Virus record (IMG/VR): IMGVR_UViG_3300029671_000007
Reading direction: 5' to 3' (one strand)
DNA: 38,717 nt
From: a virus
The notes under the pieces are model-generated. The model did no database searches. It was given only the letters and a program-made list of their open reading frames with translations, and had not been told where the DNA came from. The translations under genes were made by a program, and so were the position numbers. Below are positions 23,403-31,023 of this stretch, one piece after another; position 1 is the stretch's first letter; the number at the start of each line of letters is the position of its first letter.

Positions 23403-23880
23403 CTTGTTCGGCTTCGACCTGTAGTTTTTGCCAGGCGGCCCGACTGATATTGTAGACGGTTTGACGAGAACACCCCAGCTTGGCGGCGATAACTGGCTTG
23501 GATTCTCCGCGCATCAGAGCCAGCAGCACCCTTCGCTCCCGGCTTCGGCGGGGGAACAATTTATAAACCAGAGCAAGAAAGTCCTGGTCCTCATAGGATT
23601 GGAGAGCTGCAATGTTCTCCTCGGATGGAATGTCCTCCTCCAACGAGTCATCCGGGTGTATTGAGCGTATGTAATCAATAATGTTGCAGCGGATGCAGCG
23701 GCGGGCTAGAGGCTCAAAGGGACGGTTTCCGTCCCACCTTTTGGTTGCTTCCCATAAACCGATCAGACCATTTTGTAGGGCGTCTTCGTCTTTAGCTGCC
23801 TCATTGGAGACAGAATAGGCCACGGAGCGTACCAGATAGCGATATTTGATAATAAGGGCCTCCTGCTCTGCACGGTTCAA
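23386..23880 (-). CDS. Sigma-70 family (ECF-like, regions 2 and 4) RNA polymerase sigma factor, 164 aa
   Basis: Region 2-like NGLIGLWEATKRWD and a region 4 HTH (IAAKLGCSRQTVYNISRAAWQKL). TTG start with the strong SD AAGGAGGG. Confidence 0.85.
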   Translation of the reverse strand: MNRAEQEALIIKYRYLVRSVAYSVSNEAAKDEDALQNGLIGLWEATKRWDGNRPFEPLARRCIRCNIIDYIRSIHPDDSLEEDIPSEENIAALQSYEDQDFLALVYKLFPRRSRERRVLLALMRGESKPVIAAKLGCSRQTVYNISRAAWQKLQVEAEQEAQGR

Positions 23881-23883
23881 GGG

Positions 23884-24096
23884 CTATCCCTCCTTCGGCG
23901 GGTCTGGGAGAGGCATCCAATGCGTAACCTCCATTGACCCTCCACCCATCTTTAGACCTGGTGTATAAACTTTTCCATCTTCCAGTCTAAACATCCAGTT
24001 TCTGAAGCCTGTAATAACGGTTAATCCGTCGGTAACTAAGACCATCTCATTTTCTTTTTCCGGCAGCCTCTCCTTGACGCTGATCCACTCACTCAT
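23884..24096 (-). CDS. DUF551 domain protein, 70 aa
   Basis: The hallmark WISVKERLPE...THWMPLPDPP. Internal ATG of the track ORF, with the SD GAGGAGG. Confidence 0.75.
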   Translation of the reverse strand: MSEWISVKERLPEKENEMVLVTDGLTVITGFRNWMFRLEDGKVYTPGLKMGGGSMEVTHWMPLPDPPKEG

Positions 24097-24100
24097 GCCG

Positions 24101-24319
24101 TCAATCCTCCTCGAAGTCGTAGTGGTCAAATAGCCACCGCAAGGCCTCCACTAACTCGTCCTTGGTGATGCTGTTGTGCGTCTCCATGTGGGCCACATGG
24201 TCAATGGCAAGTACCCGTGTTTTGATGGAAATGCTTTCATCAGCCAGACCCGTTTTTACAATATTTATCGCTTGACCGAGAGAGACATTGAAAGTCGGGA
24301 AAAGGATTTTACTGCTCAT
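24101..24319 (-). CDS. Hypothetical protein, 72 aa
   Basis: Start MSSKILFP, with the SD GGAGGAGGG. Confidence 0.65.
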   Translation of the reverse strand: MSSKILFPTFNVSLGQAINIVKTGLADESISIKTRVLAIDHVAHMETHNSITKDELVEALRWLFDHYDFEED

Positions 24320-24602
24320 GCTGTCCGCCCTCCTCCGTCTTGAAGCAGACCACCCGCACCACATCATAGACCTGTATCTCTTTGCTCTTGAATGGGAACT
24401 GTTTGCAGTGTGGGCAGGTTATCGTTTCGAGCATTTCTTCCTCTGACAGATCATATCCGGTCCAGTTTTGCGTGGTTTCAATGTAAGCGGCATTTTTCTC
24501 GCACTCAATAACCGGCTGCTCAATATCAGTGTCGCTCCCATCATAGAGGAAAGTATCAACCAACAGATGCCCGATTTCCTTTCCGCATTTCTCGCATTTC
24601 AT
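24309..24602 (-). CDS. Zinc-ribbon-like hypothetical protein, 97 aa
   Basis: MKCEKCGK...CPHCK (two CxxC pairs). The SD is GGAGGGCGGACA. Confidence 0.65.
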   Translation of the reverse strand: MKCEKCGKEIGHLLVDTFLYDGSDTDIEQPVIECEKNAAYIETTQNWTGYDLSEEEMLETITCPHCKQFPFKSKEIQVYDVVRVVCFKTEEGGQHEQ

Positions 24603-25015
24603 TGTCCGCCCTCCCCGTCGTGGATGGAGTCGATGATTTTCAGGTACTTTTCGATGGCTTCGTTTAAATTGGCCTCCACCTTTGTGTATGGCACCCAGCA
24701 AGTGCCGTCCTCTTTCTTGTGTTGGCAATCCTCGTTCTCGTACCAGAAGCAACAGGGGCCTCCGTGAGCACAGTCGCAGCACATACCTTCTATGGCGTTG
24801 GTTTCCTTATGTTTTGCCGCCTCCGGCATATCATCCTCCACCACCTCGTAGCCCATCAGGCGGGCGGCTTCGTAGGGGCGGGACCTTCTAAACCCAATGC
24901 AATTTTCTTGGGTTTGGTTCATCGGACATTCACAGCAATTTCTACCCCTACAAAATTGCCCGTGTGCTTGCTCGTCTGTCACCACTTCCCCCGTCTCAGG
25001 GTTCCGAAACTTCAT
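24599..25015 (-). CDS. Cys-rich hypothetical protein, 138 aa
   Basis: Start MKFRNPETGEV, with the SD GGAAGGAGGGGAG. It forms an ATGA overlap with the next gene and contains many Cys clusters (CCECP, CCDCAHGGPCC). Confidence 0.7.
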   Translation of the reverse strand: MKFRNPETGEVVTDEQAHGQFCRGRNCCECPMNQTQENCIGFRRSRPYEAARLMGYEVVEDDMPEAAKHKETNAIEGMCCDCAHGGPCCFWYENEDCQHKKEDGTCWVPYTKVEANLNEAIEKYLKIIDSIHDGEGGQ

Positions 25016-25155
25016 ACTTGTTTCTCCCCTCCTTCCCATTTCTCGCACCCATCATCATCATCATCCCTAAAATCTCCTCGCCACTCGCTGTCTCCGTTAC
25101 AGCACACGCCCTCAAATTCGGCGTACCAGCGGCAGGTGGCGCAACACTTAGTCAT
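25012..25155 (-). CDS. Cys-rich small protein, 47 aa
   Basis: MTKCCATCRWYAEFEGVCCNGDS..., with the SD GAGGAGG. Confidence 0.55.
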   Translation of the reverse strand: MTKCCATCRWYAEFEGVCCNGDSEWRGDFRDDDDDGCEKWEGGEKQV

Positions 25156-25456
25156 GCTCGTCCTCCTCGTCCATGCGAGCAGTACATTCTGGGCAATGCT
25201 TGTAAAAGCACATTTCCGCTTCATTTTCTGTCGCTACAAGTGGAATTTCAAACCCGCAAACACTGCATTTTTGGTATGGAGCGAAATGGTCAAAGTGGAC
25301 AATCCATCTCCCGTGCCTCACCTCCGCAACTTCGGCGGCGGGGATACTATTCAGGCTCACATCTTCCGTACAGTATCCACAGTATTCTCCGTCAGAAATC
25401 AGTTGAGCGGTTTCAAGCATATTCTCAACAGCCGCCTTCTCGATGTACTCCTTCAT
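25148..25456 (-). CDS. Hypothetical protein with a C-terminal zinc ribbon, 102 aa
   Basis: Start MKEYIEKAAV, with the SD GGGAGGCGGAGG. Contains CSVCG...CPEC. Confidence 0.65.
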   Translation of the reverse strand: MKEYIEKAAVENMLETAQLISDGEYCGYCTEDVSLNSIPAAEVAEVRHGRWIVHFDHFAPYQKCSVCGFEIPLVATENEAEMCFYKHCPECTARMDEEDEHD

Positions 25457-25593
25457 TCCTCCGCCTCCCACTGTTTCTTCATGTCTTCGTATAACTCTTC
25501 CATCTTTCGATTCCACCCCTTGAGCTTCCACAGGACAAGCAGGCCAAGCGCCATCCACTCCACAGCAGCTATGATCGTCAGAATATCAGCCAT
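25453..25593 (-). CDS. Small membrane protein, 46 aa
   Basis: MADILTIIAAVEWMALGLLVLWKL..., with the SD GGAGGGAG. It forms an ATGA overlap with the downstream gene. Confidence 0.5.
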   Translation of the reverse strand: MADILTIIAAVEWMALGLLVLWKLKGWNRKMEELYEDMKKQWEAEE

Positions 25594-25861
25594 CCTGCTC
25601 CCTCCGTAGTGCGGCTTCCTCGCGGGCGAGGAACACGGTTTTGCCAATTTCATTCAATGGGAAAGCACAGGTTTGAGTATGGCACAGGATGTCTCCACCT
25701 TTTAACAGAGAAACATACTGAATTGTCGTTCTTTGAATGAGGCTTGGCTTTGTCTGGAAAATGTTTAAGTATTTTGCTTGCGCCCAAACTTCTTTCCCGA
25801 TCATCCTGTCCGCCTGGGCCAGTTCACGGAGTCTCGTCTCCGAAATCCCGCAAAAATCCAT
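25586..25861 (-). CDS. Hypothetical protein, 91 aa
   Basis: Start MDFCGISETRL, 1 nt after the upstream stop (TAAGATG). Confidence 0.6.
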   Translation of the reverse strand: MDFCGISETRLRELAQADRMIGKEVWAQAKYLNIFQTKPSLIQRTTIQYVSLLKGGDILCHTQTCAFPLNEIGKTVFLAREEAALRREQDG

Positions 25862-25862
25862 C

Positions 25863-26498
25863 TTATCCCGCCTTTCTTTGATGGGGCTTTTCTTCGATTG
25901 CCCGTTCGACACTCCATCCAGATTTTAGCCTACTATAAATTATCCCGCGACTATACCCAAGTGCTTCTTCCCAGCCACGAACGGTTTTTGTCTCTCCGTT
26001 ATAAGTGATATAGTGGCAACACCTGGTATTGTTTCCTTGCTCTTTTGGTGTCGCCCAACGACAATTTTCCGGCTCATAATTCCCGTCGTTATTTATCCTA
26101 TCAAGCGTTAGATTATCCTGATAGCCATTAGATAAAGCCCAATCCCTAAACGGGATAAACTCCTCCCATTCTGCGCAGACGCTTATCCCACGGCCACCAT
26201 ATAGTTCATACGCCTTATTGGTTTCTGTTTCGCACCTTGCCTTCATATTGCTCCAAATTCTATAAATTCGGCTATGGCTCATTCCGTGCTTGTATTTCGT
26301 TTTAGACCGGACCTCTTTTTGGTAGCAACCGCAACTTTTCACTTGCCCACTCGTGAGGTTGTTCGTTGTCACAACTGCCTCGCCGCCACAATCGCAAACA
26401 CATTTCCACCGTTGCTTGTGCCCTTTTGCCGTTCCATATAATTCAGTAACTGTTAGCCTCCCGAATTTTTGTCCTACCAAATTTGGTTTCTTTCCCAT
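25863..26498 (-). CDS. Cys-rich DNA-binding / HNH-like phage protein, 211 aa, low GC
   Basis: FGRLTV...WKCVCDCGGE...SCGC, then HGMSHSRIYRIWSNMKARC...YGGRGISVC..W..F..F..W..., then LDRINNDGNYEPENCRWAT. From memory this is a recurrent phage family often annotated as HNH or AP2-like. The gene is clearly more AT-rich than its neighbours. Confidence 0.7.
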   Translation of the reverse strand: MGKKPNLVGQKFGRLTVTELYGTAKGHKQRWKCVCDCGGEAVVTTNNLTSGQVKSCGCYQKEVRSKTKYKHGMSHSRIYRIWSNMKARCETETNKAYELYGGRGISVCAEWEEFIPFRDWALSNGYQDNLTLDRINNDGNYEPENCRWATPKEQGNNTRCCHYITYNGETKTVRGWEEALGYSRGIIYSRLKSGWSVERAIEEKPHQRKAG

Positions 26499-26500
26499 GC

Positions 26501-26917
26501 TCACCCCTCCTCCGGGCCGCGCCACTTAAAGCAATCGTTCACATAAAATCCGGGGCATTCTGCGGTTTGTCCATTTTCCCCTACTGGTGGCAAATCATAC
26601 TCACAAAGTCCGCAAAGGTCTATTCCTGTTGTCTCCAGCCGATATTGATTCACCACAAATGTCAGATCACTGACCGCCGCATCCCTCTCCCGCTTCACCT
26701 GCTCCAGCTCGGCCAATACAGCATCCCGGTCTTTCTCCGCGGCACATCCACCCTCGGAGCGATGGCCTTTACGGTAGTTTTCCAGCTCGGCCCGCAGCTT
26801 CTCGTTTTCTTCCTGGAGCGTGGAGAGGGCGGTGGCAGCGTCAAGCGCAACGAATCTTTTCAAATCCTTCCCTTCAAAATATCCATTTAGCTGCTCAATC
26901 AGCTTCTCAATGTCCAT
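26501..26917 (-). CDS. Hypothetical coiled-coil protein, 138 aa
   Basis: Start MDIEKLIEQL, with the SD GGAGGAGGG. It forms a TGATG overlap with the upstream gene. Confidence 0.65.
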   Translation of the reverse strand: MDIEKLIEQLNGYFEGKDLKRFVALDAATALSTLQEENEKLRAELENYRKGHRSEGGCAAEKDRDAVLAELEQVKRERDAAVSDLTFVVNQYRLETTGIDLCGLCEYDLPPVGENGQTAECPGFYVNDCFKWRGPEEG

Positions 26918-27138
26918 CACTTTCCCTCCTCCGGCGGCCCATCCCAGGCCGTCCAGTATTGTCCGTACAGATCCATAGAAAACGGCTTGATGTGCTTGCA
27001 GTACAGATACCCATCCCTGCACCCCTCTGCAATCTCCAGGCCGCCCCATTGGAGCTGGGCTATCCCTGCTCCCTCAATGTATATTGCGGTCTCCTGGGTG
27101 ATGGATTCCAGCTCCTGGCGGGTGTATTGGCGTCTCAT
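26917..27138 (-). CDS. Hypothetical protein, 73 aa
   Basis: The SD is GGAGGT. It is operon-packed, with an ATGA overlap with the upstream gene. Confidence 0.6.
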   Translation of the reverse strand: MRRQYTRQELESITQETAIYIEGAGIAQLQWGGLEIAEGCRDGYLYCKHIKPFSMDLYGQYWTAWDGPPEEGK

Positions 27139-27791
27139 GGCGATACCTCCGGCGGGCGGCGGTATAATAAATATCTTTCCCCATAGTCAGCCGCACAGAA
27201 GGTTTTAAATCCATCAAAATCACAGCACGTCCACCAATCTTCTGAAACATTTTTAACCAGCATGAAACGGGGCTTGTGTAATCCAAATGCAAGATTGTGT
27301 ACCCATAGCGCATTTACACCATCCATCTCCCGCAGCTCCTTCAGCGTCAGCGGATCGTTCGGCGCTTCGTTAGGGACATTATTGCCCTCACCAGGCGGTG
27401 CGGGGAGTGGCATCCAGTGGGTGATTCCAGCGCCGTCATAGATTCTATCCCAATGATATTTCCATCGTTCTATCATTTTCCCTCTAACCTGTGCACGCTC
27501 CCAAATCATCGGTGCTACATGGCCATTTTTATCGCAAGAAATAACCATTTTGCTGCACCAATCCTTCTCTGGCAGTTCCGGAAGCCTTTCCTCCACGCTC
27601 ACCCACTCGTTCTGAGGGGTGAGGGTGGGCGCAGTGCCTGTTCCGTTTCTTGCTCCGCAGCGGCGGCAGAAAATAAAATTTTCGTTGAACGTTTGCTCCC
27701 CGAAGTCCTCTCGGAACTCATGATAATCGTGGCAATTCGGGCAGATATATTGAGTTGTACCCCTTTCTGTTTCTCTACGTATCCATCCCAT
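27135..27791 (-). CDS. Zinc-ribbon + DUF551 domain protein, 218 aa
   Basis: ICPNCHDY...FCRRCGA, then WVSVEERLPE...THWMPLPAPP. The SD is GGAAGGAG. Confidence 0.8.
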   Translation of the reverse strand: MGWIRRETERGTTQYICPNCHDYHEFREDFGEQTFNENFIFCRRCGARNGTGTAPTLTPQNEWVSVEERLPELPEKDWCSKMVISCDKNGHVAPMIWERAQVRGKMIERWKYHWDRIYDGAGITHWMPLPAPPGEGNNVPNEAPNDPLTLKELREMDGVNALWVHNLAFGLHKPRFMLVKNVSEDWWTCCDFDGFKTFCAADYGERYLLYRRPPEVSP

Positions 27792-27993
27792 CCGTTTTCT
27801 CCTTCCCGTAGGGCAACCACCTACTGTTCCACTCTTTTATCGCTCCACGTTTTGTGAGCTTCCAGCCCGAACCAGGTATAGTTGATCTACCGCAGCGGGA
27901 GCAACAAACAGAGAATCGCAGTCTCCACCGTCCAACCCGTCTGACTTTGGTCTCTCCTCCACAATACGGGCAAGGTTTAATCGCCCTTACCAT
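27775..27993 (-). CDS. Lar-family restriction-alleviation-like protein, 72 aa
   Basis: IKPCPYCGG...CCSRCG...AIKEWNSR matches, from memory, the Lar consensus (CPFCGG...C..CG...AI..WN.R). The SD is GGGAGGAG. Confidence 0.7.
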   Translation of the reverse strand: MVRAIKPCPYCGGETKVRRVGRWRLRFSVCCSRCGRSTIPGSGWKLTKRGAIKEWNSRWLPYGKEKTDGMDT

Positions 27994-28210
27994 CGTTCAG
28001 CTCCTCCCATCTCTCCATCACCATCTCCACGGCCTCGTCCGTCATGGGCGCGCCGCAGATAGGGCAAAATTTGGGTATTCTCGTCGGATTCAGCCGTTTG
28101 GGACTTCCAGGTGAATCGTTATGGTCCATTTCAATTCTAACAATTTTAATTGTATGTTTTTTTACAGTATTCGCACCCAGACCACACCTTCTCCACATGC
28201 TCCTGTGCAA
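27977..28210 (-). CDS. Small zinc-ribbon protein (up to 77 aa; start uncertain)
   Basis: The TTG at 28210 lies 8 nt after GGAAGGTG. Alternative ATGs are at 28198 and 28129. Contains FCPICGAPM. Confidence 0.5.
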   Translation of the reverse strand: MHRSMWRRCGLGANTVKKHTIKIVRIEMDHNDSPGSPKRLNPTRIPKFCPICGAPMTDEAVEMVMERWEELNDGKGD

Positions 28211-29011
28211 TCATTTAGCACCTTCCAATCTGCTCTTTGCGACCTCGAATATCGCAAGGTCGTTTTCCATTCCAATGTATTTTCTGGCATTCTGTAAACA
28301 AGCAACTCCGATAGACCCGCTTCCCATGCAACAATCCAGTACTGTGTCTTCCGGGTTTGTGTAAGTAAGTATCATCTGTTCGCACAACCAAACAGGCTTT
28401 TGCGTTGCATGTAGACATGATTTTTGTTTGTCGCTCGGCCCTCGCAAAACATCACGGGGGTAACGGTCTGTACTGTCATATCCCGTTTTCCCGTAACCAT
28501 GATACACTTCCCCTGTCCTACAGTTCCGTTTATGCGCCGCAGTCGAAACTTTTCGTTCGTGTCCGTGAGTTATCTGTGGGTTGTAGGTTGGCAAATGGTC
28601 GTAGAATATCAGGATGTTTTCGTGAGCTTTCATCGGCATCTTTTTAGCATTTAGATGCCCAGTAGCTTGAGTCTTTTCCCAAATCCACTCATAGCGCAGT
28701 TCATTCAGATTGCTGCACCCTAAAATCTTATCAAATGGGGTCTGTGCGAACAGAGCCTTACATCCACCTTTGCGCACTACTCTCTTTGCCTCATGCCAAA
28801 ACCTATTGAGATCAATGGGTGTGTCCCATCTGCAGTTTGTCGTTCCATATGGGAGGTCGGTAAAAAGGAAATCCACGCAATCATCCGGCAATCCAGCCAT
28901 GAGATCTATGCAATCTCCGTATATCAGTTTACATTCCAGCAGCACCCCCGCATCCGTCAGGCGCTTGGCCGCCTCATGGTCGCCCAGCAGGGCGCGCGTC
29001 TTATCGTCCAT
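28211..29011 (-). CDS. Orphan DNA methyltransferase (N6A/N4C, beta-class), 266 aa
   Basis: DPPY-like FTDLPYG near the N-terminus and the SAM motif VLDCCMGSGSIGVA near the C-terminus, with ATQKP between them. No adjacent restriction endonuclease gene. Low GC. Confidence 0.9.
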   Translation of the reverse strand: MDDKTRALLGDHEAAKRLTDAGVLLECKLIYGDCIDLMAGLPDDCVDFLFTDLPYGTTNCRWDTPIDLNRFWHEAKRVVRKGGCKALFAQTPFDKILGCSNLNELRYEWIWEKTQATGHLNAKKMPMKAHENILIFYDHLPTYNPQITHGHERKVSTAAHKRNCRTGEVYHGYGKTGYDSTDRYPRDVLRGPSDKQKSCLHATQKPVWLCEQMILTYTNPEDTVLDCCMGSGSIGVACLQNARKYIGMENDLAIFEVAKSRLEGAK

Positions 29012-29029
29012 CGTTCGGTTCCTCCTTTA

Positions 29030-29383
29030 TCAGCGGCCATTGAGAAATGCCATCCTGGCTTGCGGAGACCTACTGTTTGATGGCAGGTTATTCCGAGCCC
29101 TCCATGCGGCGATTGGATTTTTTGATAAGCCAAAGTGCTTCCCAATCTTGATATCGCTCATGCCCTTCTGGTACAGTTGCATACATGTTGCCTCGTCAAA
29201 TACAGCCTTTGGCCTCCCGTTTGGATTCGGCGGGGTGCGTTGAACTGTCTTTTTCTCTGTGCAGCGTGCGCCCGGCGGGCAGATCAAAGAGCGGGCATGC
29301 CTGGTATAGCCTATGTAGTCGCAGCAGTACAGCCCGGCGGTGATATAGCATCTGTAGATGCAGTCAGCACAGTGCTTATCCAC
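29030..29383 (-). CDS. Cys-rich + HTH-like protein, ~117 aa
   Basis: The GTG at 29383 lies 7 nt after AGGAGG, and the track alternative is an ATG at 29404 with no SD. CADCIYRC...CCDY...CPPGARC, then an HTH-like KGMSDIKIGKHFGLSKNPIAAWR. Confidence 0.65.
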   Translation of the reverse strand: MDKHCADCIYRCYITAGLYCCDYIGYTRHARSLICPPGARCTEKKTVQRTPPNPNGRPKAVFDEATCMQLYQKGMSDIKIGKHFGLSKNPIAAWRARNNLPSNSRSPQARMAFLNGR

Positions 29384-29816
29384 GGGACAGCCTCCTGCGA
29401 GCATACTCTGCCATTAATAGGGCCTCTGCCATACCGTCATTGTCTTTTCGACCGCCCTCTTTTCGCAAATTAGCGGTAGGGAACAGCCGCTTGCACACCT
29501 GAATGGAACTGTTTTTGTCCCCGGTGATGGAAAACTCTTTTTTCCATTTCTGCGGACGTACTAGTTCATAAGGGATTCCGAAAGCTGTGAGAAGCCCTTG
29601 GATAAAACCGAAGTTCTCTCCAAAGTGAAACATGGAGTTGACTCCCTGTCCCGGCATGGCTCCCACATGCTCCAGGCATACGATGCAGTCCGCTTCTGAA
29701 AACTCCAACTCGTCTGCATATGACTGCGGGCCATAAGGGACAATTCGGAAAGTCCTGTCCTCCTTAAGCACTGCCATAGCTCCGTTTTTCCCCGGATCAA
29801 TTCCGATGTATGTCAT
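29376..29816 (-). CDS. RuvC-like Holliday junction resolvase, 146 aa
   Basis: MTYIGIDPGKNGAMAV has the catalytic Asp in the IGIDPG motif. The SD is GGAGGAA. It forms an ATGA overlap with the upstream gene. Confidence 0.8.
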   Translation of the reverse strand: MTYIGIDPGKNGAMAVLKEDRTFRIVPYGPQSYADELEFSEADCIVCLEHVGAMPGQGVNSMFHFGENFGFIQGLLTAFGIPYELVRPQKWKKEFSITGDKNSSIQVCKRLFPTANLRKEGGRKDNDGMAEALLMAEYARRRLSRG

Positions 29817-30358
29817 GTTGATTCCTCCAACGCCAGCCGTTCGGCCAGCCCTCCAATCATCTGTTTTATGTCGCCGGGCAGCGCCTGGAACTCGGCCTCC
29901 TGCTTGGCCCGCTCCTGATAGGAGCGCTGGAAGTTGGAGCCGATGACGCTCTGCACTGTATTGGCATCCATCCGTGCCCAGGCTTTGAGCTGCTCCGGTG
30001 TCCCCACCAATCGGCGGAGCATGGGCGGCAGCCGCTTGAACTCCTCCCGGCTGTTGTAGGCCGACCGCTGTACGGCCCGCCATACCAACCCCCAAGCCTC
30101 CTGCGGGGCCATCTTTGGCCGCTCCGTAAGCTGCCTTATCTTGGCCTTTACCGCGCCGATGTGGGGCGGATAGCCCTTGCTGTCGGTGGCGATCAGCGCC
30201 TTGACGGCGGCGGCCACGATTGCGGCGTCATCCTCGGCAAACATGTCTGTCCACAAGGAAATAGTGTCCAATGCCTCCTGCCGCCCCACGTCCCGGTAAA
30301 ACTGCGGGTAGGCACCACGGAGCACAGACATGAGCTTAATCACGTCTTCGCGTTTCAC
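29813..30358 (-). CDS. G39P-like replicative-helicase loader/inhibitor family protein, 181 aa
   Basis: GAYPQFYRD....W..MF.D......AAV.......KGYPPHIGAVKAKI matches the SPP1 G39P-type N-terminal pattern. GTG start in a GTGA overlap, with the SD AGGAGGG. Confidence 0.6.
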   Translation of the reverse strand: MKREDVIKLMSVLRGAYPQFYRDVGRQEALDTISLWTDMFAEDDAAIVAAAVKALIATDSKGYPPHIGAVKAKIRQLTERPKMAPQEAWGLVWRAVQRSAYNSREEFKRLPPMLRRLVGTPEQLKAWARMDANTVQSVIGSNFQRSYQERAKQEAEFQALPGDIKQMIGGLAERLALEEST

Positions 30359-31014
30359 ACGATGCCCTCCTCTCGGGCAATATCCAGAAACACATTTCCG
30401 CCCCTCCGCGGTGCCTGCCCGGATTTGAGCCGGTCGAAGATGATGCCCTGCCAGTTGTTGGCCATGCACTCCCCGATCAGGTCTATCACAGCCTGTTCCC
30501 CGTAGGTCTCCGCCGCCTTCTGCACCTGAGTCACCAGAGACTGGAGGCCCGTGGGCTTGTAGTCCTGTCGCTTCTCATGCTTGTACCGGATCCAGGCGGC
30601 AAAGGCATCCTGTAGGGCGGGCGAGCCCCCCGGAAGGGGGGTATGGGGGGTAATTAACATTTGTTCTTTTTCTTGTACTTGTTCTTTTTCTTGTACTTGT
30701 TCTTGCTTTCGCTCTGCCCTTGCTTCCGTTCTGCTTTCGCTTTTCTTCTCATTTGCTTTCGGCTTGCTTTCCGTTTGCTTTGGCCTTCCCCCGGACTTGC
30801 CTGCCTCTGATTTCCGCCTGCTTGCGTCTAGGTTTGGCTTACTCAGCTCAAACGCAATCGCGGCGGAATCAGGCAGTTTATCAAGGTCCGGGAGTATCCC
30901 GGTGAGCGCATAGGCGCATATTGCGTCGTATGCGTCACACCGGGCCGCCTTATTACGGATGCGGGAAACAGCCCGGAAGAAAGAAGCGTAGAATGTAAAC
31001 TGTTCCCTGTTCAT
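30355..31014 (-). CDS. Phage replisome organiser / replication initiator-like protein, 219 aa
   Basis: The N-terminus (FTFYASFFRAVSRIRNKAARCDAYDAICAYAL) is typical of Firmicute phage replisome-organiser N-domains. It has a Lys/Glu linker with EQVQEK repeats and a DnaD-like C-terminal part. Confidence 0.7.
   Translation of the reverse strand: MNREQFTFYASFFRAVSRIRNKAARCDAYDAICAYALTGILPDLDKLPDSAAIAFELSKPNLDASRRKSEAGKSGGRPKQTESKPKANEKKSESRTEARAERKQEQVQEKEQVQEKEQMLITPHTPLPGGSPALQDAFAAWIRYKHEKRQDYKPTGLQSLVTQVQKAAETYGEQAVIDLIGECMANNWQGIIFDRLKSGQAPRRGGNVFLDIAREEGIV
30661..30782. repeat. 18-bp tandem repeat (x2.4) followed by six phased TTGCTTTC-like iterons; candidate origin of replication
   Basis: TTGTTCTTTTTCTTGTAC at 30661-30678 is identical to 30679-30696. 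(T/C)TGCTT(T/C)(C/G) starts at 30703, 30720, 30731, 30753, 30764 and 30775, giving spacings of 17, 11, 22, 11 and 11 bp. Confidence 0.5.
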
Positions 31015-31023
31015 AGGTACACC

